Source of the DNA: an uncultured Actinomycetes bacterium
GTDB taxonomy: Bacteria > Actinomycetota > Thermoleophilia > Gaiellales > Gaiellaceae
Assembly (NCBI GenBank): GCA_963776735.1
Contig: CAVZNV010000023.1
Coordinates: 15,080-79,079, forward strand
Reading direction: 5' to 3'
Length of the DNA stretch: 64,000 bases
Part shown: one piece after another, positions 36,550-44,222 of the stretch
Position numbering within the stretch: position 1 is the first letter of the stretch
How the letters are laid out: each line of letters opens with the position of its first letter
Translations under genes and position numbers: made by a program
The notes under the pieces: model-generated
Database searches by the model: none
Told to the model about the DNA's origin: nothing
Seen by the model: the letters and a program-made list of their open reading frames with translations, nothing else

Positions 36550-37437
36550 TCAGCCGTAGTGCAGACCCTGCGCCGCGTCATACTCGCGCAGGCGGCGGAT
36601 GCGCTCCTCGAGCGGCGGGTGCGTCGAGAACAGGTTCGCCATGCTCTGACCGCGGAACGGGTGGACGATGTAGAGCGAGGCCGTCGCCGGGTTCACGTTC
36701 AGCGGCGCGCCCGACTGCACGCCCCGCTCGAGCGTCTCGAGCGCGTCCGCGAGCGGCTTGCCGGTGCCAAGCAGGCGCGCGCCGGTGGAATCGGCGAGGA
36801 ACTCGCGCTGTCTCGACACGGCCATCTGCAGGAGCGCGGCCGCGATCGGCGCGAGGATGATCGTGGCCAGCGCGCCGATGAACCCGAGCGGGCCGTCCTC
36901 GTCGTCCGAGAACCCGCCGAACAGGAACGAGAACTGCAGGATGTTCGCGACGGCGGCGATCGCGCCGGCGATCATCGCGGCGACCGACGTGACGAGGATG
37001 TCGTGGTTCTTCACATGCGAGAGCTCGTGCGCGAGCACGCCGCGGATCTGGTCCTCGGGCAGGGAGCGCATCAGCCCTTCGGTCACGGCGACCGCGGAAT
37101 GGCCGGCGTTGCGGCCGGTGGCGAAGGCGTTCGGCTGCTCGGACGGGACGATGTACACGCGCGGCATCGGTAGCTCGGCGCGCGCCGTCAGGTCGCGCAG
37201 GATCTTGTAGAGCTGCGGTGCCTCCTGCTCCGACACCGGCTTCGCGCGACTCGCCGTCAGCGCGATCCTGTCGGAGAACCAGTAGCCGGCCACGTTCATC
37301 AGCACGGCGAAGACAACGAAGACGTAGAGGAACTTGCCGCCGAGCAGCGCGCCTATGCCGATCAGCAGCGCGGTCAGGGCGGCAACCAGGATCCACGTAC
37401 GCAGCTGCGACGTGAACCTCGCCTCGGTGATGCTCAT
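36550..37437 (-). CDS. htpX: M48 family zinc protease HtpX
   Basis: HELSH zinc motif, four TM helices, C-terminal THPPLEERI. GAAAGGAG ribosome-binding site before ATG 37437. Confidence 0.9.
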   Translation of the reverse strand: MSITEARFTSQLRTWILVAALTALLIGIGALLGGKFLYVFVVFAVLMNVAGYWFSDRIALTASRAKPVSEQEAPQLYKILRDLTARAELPMPRVYIVPSEQPNAFATGRNAGHSAVAVTEGLMRSLPEDQIRGVLAHELSHVKNHDILVTSVAAMIAGAIAAVANILQFSFLFGGFSDDEDGPLGFIGALATIILAPIAAALLQMAVSRQREFLADSTGARLLGTGKPLADALETLERGVQSGAPLNVNPATASLYIVHPFRGQSMANLFSTHPPLEERIRRLREYDAAQGLHYG

Positions 37438-37609
37438 GTTGGGCACTCCTTTCGACTGAACGTCGGAAAGCAACGAACAGCCGAAGGTTTCTCCCGCCCC
37501 ATGAGGCCGACGCGCCCGGGCAGATTGGGCCTGCCTTTCTGCCGTTCTGACGAGCCACGTCCGATCGGGGATAGTGCCCCTCGGCACCTTGAAGGGTACC
37601 GGAGAGGCT

Positions 37610-37939
37610 CTAGGCGAACGCGTCGCGGATGCGCTCGAGGCGGCCGTCCCGCACGGCGACGACGTCGAACGTCGCCTCGAGGCGCGCAAGCTCGGGATGT
37701 TGCGCGAGCCACGACTCGGCAGCGCGACGCAACCGCCGCTGCTTCTCCGGACCGACCATCTCCAGCGGATCGCCGCGCCCCGGACCGCCTTTCGACTTCA
37801 CCTCGCAGAACACGATCCGGTTGCCGCGGCGCGCGATCACGTCCAGCTCGTTCCCGCCCGCCCACACGTTTGTCCCGAGGATCCGATAGCCGCGGAGGCG
37901 GTAGTGCCGGACTGCCTGACGCTCCGCGTCGTTCCTCAC
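37610..37939 (-). CDS. yraN: YraN family (UPF0102) endonuclease-like protein
   Basis: ERQAVRHYRLRGYRILGTN...ELDVIA...VFCEVK. GTGA overlap with the rnhB stop. Confidence 0.8.
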   Translation of the reverse strand: MRNDAERQAVRHYRLRGYRILGTNVWAGGNELDVIARRGNRIVFCEVKSKGGPGRGDPLEMVGPEKQRRLRRAAESWLAQHPELARLEATFDVVAVRDGRLERIRDAFA

Positions 37940-38536
37940 ACCGCGTAGCAGAGCGCCTGGAACGAGCGGCGGTGCACCTCGGACGGCCCGTGCTGGCGGA
38001 CGCGCGACGAGTGCTCGGGCGTGATGTAACCGACGTGCGAGGCGAAGCCGTACGCCGGGTAGAGGCTGTCCATCCGGTGCATCAGCCGGTCGCGGACGAC
38101 CTTGGCGACAATCGAGGCGGCGGCGATCGCGGCACTGCGCTCGTCGCCGTCGACGACGGCCGTGTGTTCCGGCGCCTCGGGGCCGAGCCGGAAGCCGTCG
38201 ACGAGGCAGACTTCGCCGGGCGGCGTCAGCGCGCGGAGGCAGCCGCGCAGGCCGCGGAGGTTGCAGACGTGAAGCCCGTTGCGGTCGATGCACGCCGGCG
38301 AGAACGCGTGCACCGAGAATCTGCTCGGCGCAGCCGACGACGGCGTGGAACAGCTCCTCGCGCTGTGCGTGCGTGAGCTGCTTCGAGTCGTTCAGCAGCG
38401 CGAGCGGGCGAACCTTCGAGCCGCGCAGCGCGTCGTAGTCGAGCAGGACGCCGGCGACGAGCAGAGGGCCGGCGAGCGATCCGCGGCCGGCTTCGTCGGC
38501 GCCGACGACGTAGCGCGCGCCGATGCTGCGGTCGAA
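37936..38536 (-). pseudogene. rnhB: ribonuclease HII, reading frame broken near 38313 as assembled
   Basis: The N-terminal part (VVGADEAGRGSLAGP...LNDSKQLT) and the C-terminal part (VHAFSPACID...AAASIVAKVVRD...YGFASHVGYIT...HRRSF) are in different frames. Start codon unresolved. Confidence 0.75.
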
Positions 38537-38537
38537 G

Positions 38538-39077
38538 CTAAGAAGTCTCTTCCCCGTCCGCCTCGGCGGCGACGGGTGCTTCCTCGGGCTCTGCGTCGGG
38601 CTCTGGCTCGACGTCGGCGGCGGCTTCGGGTTGCTCTGCGACGGGCTCTTCGACGACCTCTGCCTCTGCCGCGGGAGCTTCTTCGGGAGCTTCCTCGGCT
38701 GCCTCGTCGACATCGGCCGAGACTACCTTCCCCCCGTACTGCTTGGCCCTCACGCGCGCCTTCTTTCCCACTTTTTCCCGCAAGTAGTAGAGCTTTGCGC
38801 GGGAGACGTCGCCGATCTGGACGACTTCGATCTTCTCGATCTTCGGCGAGTGGAGCGGGAACGTCCTCTCGACGCCGACGCCGAACGATTGCTTGCGGAC
38901 GGTGAACGTCTCGCGGACGCCGGCGCCCTGGCGCTTGATGACGATGCCCTCGAAGACCTGGACGCGCGAGCGCGAGCCCTCGATCACGCGGAAGTGCACG
39001 CGCACGGTGTCGCCGGCCTTGAACCGCGGCAGACCTTTGCGCAGCTGGCGCTTCTCGATCGTCTCGATAGCTGTCAT
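38538..39077 (-). CDS. rplS: 50S ribosomal protein L19 with ~65-aa acidic C-terminal extension
   Basis: Canonical L19 core ([16 protein letters not shown]...[10 protein letters not shown]...[18 protein letters not shown]) followed by an E/A/P-rich tail. Confidence 0.9.
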   Translation of the reverse strand: MTAIETIEKRQLRKGLPRFKAGDTVRVHFRVIEGSRSRVQVFEGIVIKRQGAGVRETFTVRKQSFGVGVERTFPLHSPKIEKIEVVQIGDVSRAKLYYLREKVGKKARVRAKQYGGKVVSADVDEAAEEAPEEAPAAEAEVVEEPVAEQPEAAADVEPEPDAEPEEAPVAAEADGEETS

Positions 39078-39116
39078 AGCGAGAGAGCGGCCCCACGACG
39101 GGGCCGACGATTCATG

Positions 39117-40103
39117 CTAGCGGAAGCCGATTCGATTAGGTGGCCAGTAGACGAAGAAGACCGTGCCGATCAGGTTGCCGCGCGGGACCGTGCCCCAGTC
39201 GCGGGAGTCGCACGACGACGGACGGTTGTCGCCCATGAAGAAGTACTGGCCCTTCGGAATCGGCCCCCACTTCATGTTGAAGTGCTGCGTGTCCCCCAGA
39301 CGGACAGTCTTCGAGATGTACGGCTCGTTGAGGCGCTTCCCGTTGATGTAGATGTAGCCCTGGCCGTCTTCGTGGATCGTTTCGCCCGGGAGCCCGATCA
39401 GCCGCTTGACGAACGTTCCGCCTTCGCCGCATTTCGCGGCCGCCGCGGGCGGCGTATTGAAGACGATGATGTCCTTGCGCGAGGGGCTCGAGAAGTCGAG
39501 GCAGATGCGGCACGCGAGGACCCGGTCGGAGAAGTGCGCCAGGCAGCCCGGGCCGGGATGCGCGCAGTGAAGCGTGGGCTCCATTGACGACGACGGGATC
39601 CGGTACGGGTTGACGATCCACTGCTTGAGCGCGAGGACGATCAGGATCGCGCCGATGATCGTCACTGCCCAGTCGATCGCGATGCGCCACGGGCGCGGGA
39701 GGTTGCGGGTCATGCGGTCGACCGGGTTCCGCGACGTCCGCGCCGCGCCGGTCGGGGTGTACGCGGACTCCTCGCTCAGGCGCGCGCGGTCGTAGGCAGC
39801 CCGTCGCGTGGGGTCGGAGAGCAGGCGGTAGGCAGCCTGGATCCGGGCCAGGCGCTCCTCGCGCGCGGGGTCGGTGCCGAGCCAGAGATCGGGCGCCTGC
39901 GAGTACCGGCCGTACGCCTCGCGAATCTCTTCGTCCGACGCGTTCGGCGAGACGCCGAGGATCTCGTACGGATCGGCCGAGCCGGCGGCAGCGCTCGGAC
40001 CGTCGGGCGGCGGTGACGGAGCCTGGCTCTCGGGTGACGGATCGGGTGGCGTCTCCGGCGGAGTGTCCGGCGGCGTCTCCGGCGGGTCCTGTCCGTAGCT
40101 CAA
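39117..40103 (-). CDS. lepB: signal peptidase I with N-terminal Pro-rich and J-domain-like extension
   Basis: S26 motifs (IPSSSMEPTL, FVKRLIGLPGE, GDNRPSSCDSRDWG). The ORF is continuous and GC3-rich from a TTG that overlaps the trmD stop. Confidence 0.8.
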   Translation of the reverse strand: MSYGQDPPETPPDTPPETPPDPSPESQAPSPPPDGPSAAAGSADPYEILGVSPNASDEEIREAYGRYSQAPDLWLGTDPAREERLARIQAAYRLLSDPTRRAAYDRARLSEESAYTPTGAARTSRNPVDRMTRNLPRPWRIAIDWAVTIIGAILIVLALKQWIVNPYRIPSSSMEPTLHCAHPGPGCLAHFSDRVLACRICLDFSSPSRKDIIVFNTPPAAAAKCGEGGTFVKRLIGLPGETIHEDGQGYIYINGKRLNEPYISKTVRLGDTQHFNMKWGPIPKGQYFFMGDNRPSSCDSRDWGTVPRGNLIGTVFFVYWPPNRIGFR

Positions 40104-40759
40104 GGCGTGCTCCGAAGCCGGCTCTGGTCACGGCGCCACACGTCGATCCGCTCGTGGTGGCCCGAGAGCAGAACCTCCGGCACGTGCCAGCCGCGGAAGT
40201 CGGCCGGCCGCGTGTAGTGCGGGTACTCGAGCCCGCCTTCGAGCTCGGCAGAGAAGCTCTCGATCCGCGTCGACTCCTCGCTCCCGGTCGCCCCCGGCAG
40301 CAGCCGGGCAACCGCGTCGACGACGACCATCGCCGCCAGCTCGCCGCCCGAGAGCACGTAGGGGCCGATCGAGATCGCGCCCGAGCAGAGGTGGACGAGA
40401 ATCCGCTCGTCGAACCCCTCGTATCGCGCAGACAGGAGCGTCAGGCGCTCCTCTCCGGCGAGCTCCTCGACCACCTGCTGGTCGAGCGGGCGGCCCTGGG
40501 GAGTCAGCGCGACGACCCGGTGGGAAGGAGCGCCGCCGTAGACCGCGTCGAGAGCAGCCGCCGCAACGTCGACCCGGAGCACCATCCCGGCCCCGCCGCC
40601 GTACGGCTCGTCGTCGACCTGCCCTGCGCGCAGCGGCGAGAAGTCGCGGTAGTTGAGGAGCCGCAGCTCGAGCTCGTCGCCGAGAACGGCTGCGAGCGGC
40701 CGCTGCTCGGTGAGCCAGGCGAAGGCGTGAGGAACCAGCGTGAAGACGTCGAGCTGCAT
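40100..40759 (-). CDS. trmD: tRNA (guanine37-N1)-methyltransferase
   Basis: TrmD motifs (VDDEPYGGGAGMVL, LLSARYEGFDERI, ISIGPYVLSGGELAAMVVVDAV). ATG at 40759. Confidence 0.9.
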   Translation of the reverse strand: MQLDVFTLVPHAFAWLTEQRPLAAVLGDELELRLLNYRDFSPLRAGQVDDEPYGGGAGMVLRVDVAAAALDAVYGGAPSHRVVALTPQGRPLDQQVVEELAGEERLTLLSARYEGFDERILVHLCSGAISIGPYVLSGGELAAMVVVDAVARLLPGATGSEESTRIESFSAELEGGLEYPHYTRPADFRGWHVPEVLLSGHHERIDVWRRDQSRLRSTP

Positions 40760-40766
40760 GCCTAGA

Positions 40767-41274
40767 TCAGTGAGGGTAGTCGGGATCGACGAAACCGGGC
40801 GCGACAACGATTCTGCCTGCGTCGAGGTCGACCTCGAGGATGCAGTCCTCGTGCATCGGAAGGAGAAGGCCGGATTCGAGCTCCAGCACGTCGTTCGCGA
40901 CGCTCGGCGTCGACGTCGCGAACTCGTCCGAGCGACCGCCCGCCCTCCTCCTCGACGGCGAGGCCGACGAGCTGGAAGACGTAGAAGGCGTCAGACTCCG
41001 CAGGCGGCAGCGCCGAGACGGGAACGGCCAGCTCGACACCACGCTCGACCGGGCGGTCGAGCCGGATCACCACGCGGCCGCCGGCACGCTTGGACGCGAC
41101 GACCCGGGCCGGCTCGCCGCCGACGAGCAGCTCGGCACCGGCCTGGAAGCGTGTCGGGTCGTCGCTCGGCCTCTCGACGACGAACGACCCGTCGAGCCCG
41201 TGCGGCTTGCCCACGCGGCCGATCCGGACGGTGCGCTCGGTCGTCGCGCTACTCGGCAATCTCGAGCAGGACAC
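40767..41274 (-). pseudogene. rimM: 16S rRNA processing protein RimM, reading frame broken near 40908-40916 as assembled
   Basis: The N-terminal domain (IGRVGKPHGLDGSFVV...) is in one frame. The PRC-barrel C-terminus (VANDVLELESGLLLPMHEDCILEVDLDAGRIVV) is in another. Confidence 0.75.
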
Positions 41275-41488
41275 GGCGGTCGGATCGTGCCCCCGCCGCT
41301 CGGGCGAGCGTGCGGAGCGACTGCACCATCCGGCCGCGCCTGCCGATCACCTTGCCCCGGTCCTGCTCCGCGACGTGGAGCCGCAGGATCAGGTCACCGC
41401 CCTCCTCGACCTCCTCGACCCTGACGGCGTCGGGCTCGTCGACGATCTTCTTCGCCAGGAAGCCGACGAGATCTGCGGGGACGGACAC
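41249..41488 (-). CDS. KH domain RNA-binding protein (YlqC/KhpA-like)
   Basis: GKVIGRRGRMVQSLRTL KH motif, in the conserved position between rpsP and rimM. Confidence 0.8.
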   Translation of the reverse strand: MSVPADLVGFLAKKIVDEPDAVRVEEVEEGGDLILRLHVAEQDRGKVIGRRGRMVQSLRTLARAAGARSDRRVLLEIAE

Positions 41489-41491
41489 GAG

Positions 41492-41734
41492 CTAGCCCAG
41501 ATTCCTGGCTTTGAGCAGGCGCGCAACCGGGTCCGACGGCTGAGCGCCCTTCGAGAGCCAGTCCTTGACCTTGGCCTCGTCGAACTCGATCAGCGAGGGC
41601 TCGTGCTGCGGGTTGTAACGCCCGACGATGTCGATGAACCTGCCGTCGCGCGGCGAGCGCGAGTCGGCGACCACGACGCGGTAGATCGGGTTCTTCTTCG
41701 AACCGACCCGCGTCAACCTCATACGTACTGCCAT
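41492..41734 (-). CDS. rpsP: 30S ribosomal protein S16
   Basis: [34 protein letters not shown]... is the canonical S16 sequence. Confidence 0.92.
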   Translation of the reverse strand: MAVRMRLTRVGSKKNPIYRVVVADSRSPRDGRFIDIVGRYNPQHEPSLIEFDEAKVKDWLSKGAQPSDPVARLLKARNLG

Positions 41735-41752
41735 ACCTCTCCTCTCTCCGTA

Positions 41753-43070
41753 CTAGCGGCCCATGCCGGGAAGCACGGGCATCTTGCCTTTCGAGAACTG
41801 CTTCATCATGCGCTGCATCTGCTTGCGGGCGGCGAGCAGCTGGTTCACCTGCTGCACGGTCGTCCCGCTTCCTCTGGCAATCCGCTGGCGGCGCGAGCCG
41901 TCGATCACGTGCGGGAGCCTGCGCTCGCGCGGCGTCATCGAGAGGATGATCGCCTCGACGCGCTTCAGCTCCTGCTCGTCGACGTCGACGTCCTTCATCT
42001 GCTTGCCCATGCCCGGAATCATCGAGACCACGCTCTTGAACGAGCCCATTCGCCGCATCATCCGGTAGCTCGCCAGGAAGTCGTCGAAGTTGAGCTCGCC
42101 GGCCATCAGGCGCGCTTCCATGTCCTTCTGCTCGTCCTCGCTGGCGGCGGCCTCGGCTTTCTCGATCAGCGTCAGCACGTCGCCCATGCCGAGGATGCGC
42201 GAGGCCATGCGGTCCGGATGGAAGACCTCGAGCTGGTCGAGCTTCTCGCCGACCGACGCGAACTTGATCGGCTTCCCGGTCACGGCTTTTACGGATAGCG
42301 CCGCGCCGCCGCGCGCGTCACCGTCGAGCTTGGTCAGGACGACGCCGTCGAACGCGATCCGGTCGTGGAACGCCTCGGCGACCTCGACCGCCTGCTGGCC
42401 GGTCATCGCGTCGAGCACGAGCAGCACGTCGTGTGGGCGGATCTTCTTGTGGATCTGCTCGAGCTCGTCCATCAGCTCCTCGTCGACCTGTAGCCGGCCC
42501 GCGGTGTCGACGATGACCGCGTCGAATCCCTGCGAGCGGGCCTGCTCGACGCCTCGTATGGCTGCGTCGACCGCGTTCTCGCGCTCGGAGCTCGCGACCG
42601 GGATCTCGGATCTGCTTCCCGAGCTGCTCGAGTTGCGTGATCGCAGCCGGACGCTGGAGATCGGCCGCCACGAGCAGCGGTTTCTTCTTCTCCTTGCGGA
42701 GCATCAGCGCGAGCTTGGCGGCGGCCGTGGTCTTGCCGGAGCCCTGGAGCCCGGCGAGGAGGATCACGGTCGGAGGCCGGGACGCGAACGCGAGCCGCGA
42801 GTCGCTCGAGCCCATGATCCGCGCCAGCTCGTCGTGGACGATGCGGACGACTTCCTGGCCCGGCGTCAGGCTCTTCGTGACCTCGGCGCCGAGCGCGCGC
42901 TCCCTGACGGCGGCCGTGAACTCCTTGACCACGGCGAGGTTGACGTCGGCCTCGAGCAGCGCGAGCCGGATCTCGCGGAGAGCTTTCGAGATCGTCTCCT
43001 CGTCCAGCTTCCCGCGCGAGCGGAGGCCGCCGAGGATCGACTGCAGCTTGTCGCCGAGGGCGTCGAACAT
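41753..43070 (-). pseudogene. ffh: signal recognition particle protein Ffh, 1-nt frame break near 42605-42611 as assembled (probable indel artefact)
   Basis: N domain plus G1 (GLQGSGKTT) run to ...QLEQLGKQI in one frame. ...EIPVASSE...VIVDTAGRLQVDEELMDEL...DGDARGG plus the M domain continue in another frame. Confidence 0.85.
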
Positions 43071-43091
43071 CGCGGAACAGCGTACCGAGGT

Positions 43092-44048
43092 CTATTCGTC
43101 GTCTTCGCCGACGCCGACGAGCGCCTGTGCGAACTCGGCCGGATCGAACGGCTGGAGGTCTTCGAGCGTCTCCCCCACGCCGACAAGCTTCACGGGCAAG
43201 CCGAGCTCGACCGCGACCGGGAGGACGATGCCGCCCTTCGCCGTCCCGTCGAGCTTCGTCAGCGCGACGCCCGTCACGTCGACCGCCTCGCCGAAGAGCC
43301 GCGCCTGCTGGAGCCCGTTCTGGCCCGTCGTCGCGTCGAGGACGAGCAGCGTCTCGTGCGGCGCGCCGTCGAGCCGGCCGGAGATCACGCGGCGGATCTT
43401 GCGCAGCTCGTCCATCAGATTCGACTGCGTGTGCAGGCGACCGGCGGTGTCGACGAGCACGACGTCGCGGCCTCGGCCGACGGCCGCCTCGAGCGCGTCG
43501 TAGGCCACCGCTGCAGGATCGGCGCCCCTTCGCGAACCGACGAAGTCTGCGCCGGCGCGCTGCGACCAGATCTCGAGCTGCTCGTCGGCGGCGGCGCGGA
43601 AGGTGTCGGCGGCCGCGATCAGCACCGAGCGCCCGTGCTCGGAGAGCCGGTGGGCAAGCTTGCCGACGGTGGTCGTCTTGCCGGTGCCGTTGACGCCGAC
43701 GACCAGGACCACGCTCGGATGCTCGTTCACGGCCAGGGTGCCCGGCTCGCCGAACAGTGCGGTGATCTCCTCGGCGAGCGCCAGCCCGAGATCGTCGACG
43801 TCGCGCCGCCTGCGGAGCCGCTCCACCAGCTCGTCGGTCGCGGCCATCCCCACGTCGGCCGTGATCAACGCCTCCTCGAGTGCCTCCCACGACTCGTCGT
43901 CGCGCGGGTCGAAGCGCCCAATCGGGAGTCGGATCGCGGTGCGCGTCCGGCCGAGCGAGCTGCGCAGCCGTCCGAAGAAGCGTCGTCGCTGCTCCGGCTC
44001 GTCGGCGTCGTGCTCGTCGCCGAGCAGCTCTGACCAGCTTCGCGCCAT
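43092..44048 (-). CDS. ftsY: signal recognition particle receptor FtsY
   Basis: NG domain motifs (VVGVNGTGKTTT, VLVDTAGRLHTQ, TKLDGTAKGG). Confidence 0.9.
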   Translation of the reverse strand: MARSWSELLGDEHDADEPEQRRRFFGRLRSSLGRTRTAIRLPIGRFDPRDDESWEALEEALITADVGMAATDELVERLRRRRDVDDLGLALAEEITALFGEPGTLAVNEHPSVVLVVGVNGTGKTTTVGKLAHRLSEHGRSVLIAAADTFRAAADEQLEIWSQRAGADFVGSRRGADPAAVAYDALEAAVGRGRDVVLVDTAGRLHTQSNLMDELRKIRRVISGRLDGAPHETLLVLDATTGQNGLQQARLFGEAVDVTGVALTKLDGTAKGGIVLPVAVELGLPVKLVGVGETLEDLQPFDPAEFAQALVGVGEDDE

Positions 44049-44144
44049 CCGGGCGCGCAGGATAGTCGGGCGAGCTCTGGTATCGGCTGCGCAGGAGTCG
44101 TCACAGTCCCGCCACCCACGCGTGCGACTTTCCGAGCTACGCTC

Positions 44145-44180
44145 AAAACCGGGGGCAGGGCGCGAATGCGCCCCCGGGGG
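44145..44180 (-). terminator. candidate rho-independent terminator after smc
   Basis: The minus strand reads CCCCCGGGGGCGCATTCGCGCCCTGCCCCCGG followed by TTTT. The GC stem is imperfect. Confidence 0.45.
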
Positions 44181-44222
44181 AAAGACAAATGGAGTGTCTG
44201 TCGGCGGCTCGGCCGGGACGGG

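Noticed and set aside
39990-40090. Tandem nucleotide repeat or CRISPR-like periodicity in the CCGGCGGAGxxTCCGG region
   Set aside because: It is the coding sequence for the PPETPPDTPPETPPDP low-complexity segment of the LepB N-terminal extension. There is no spacer/repeat architecture, and no CRISPR array was seen anywhere in the window.
42600-42615. Programmed ribosomal frameshifting in ffh
   Set aside because: There is no slippery heptamer or known recoding signal. Three further conserved genes in the window have similar 1-nt breaks, so assembly indels are the simpler explanation.
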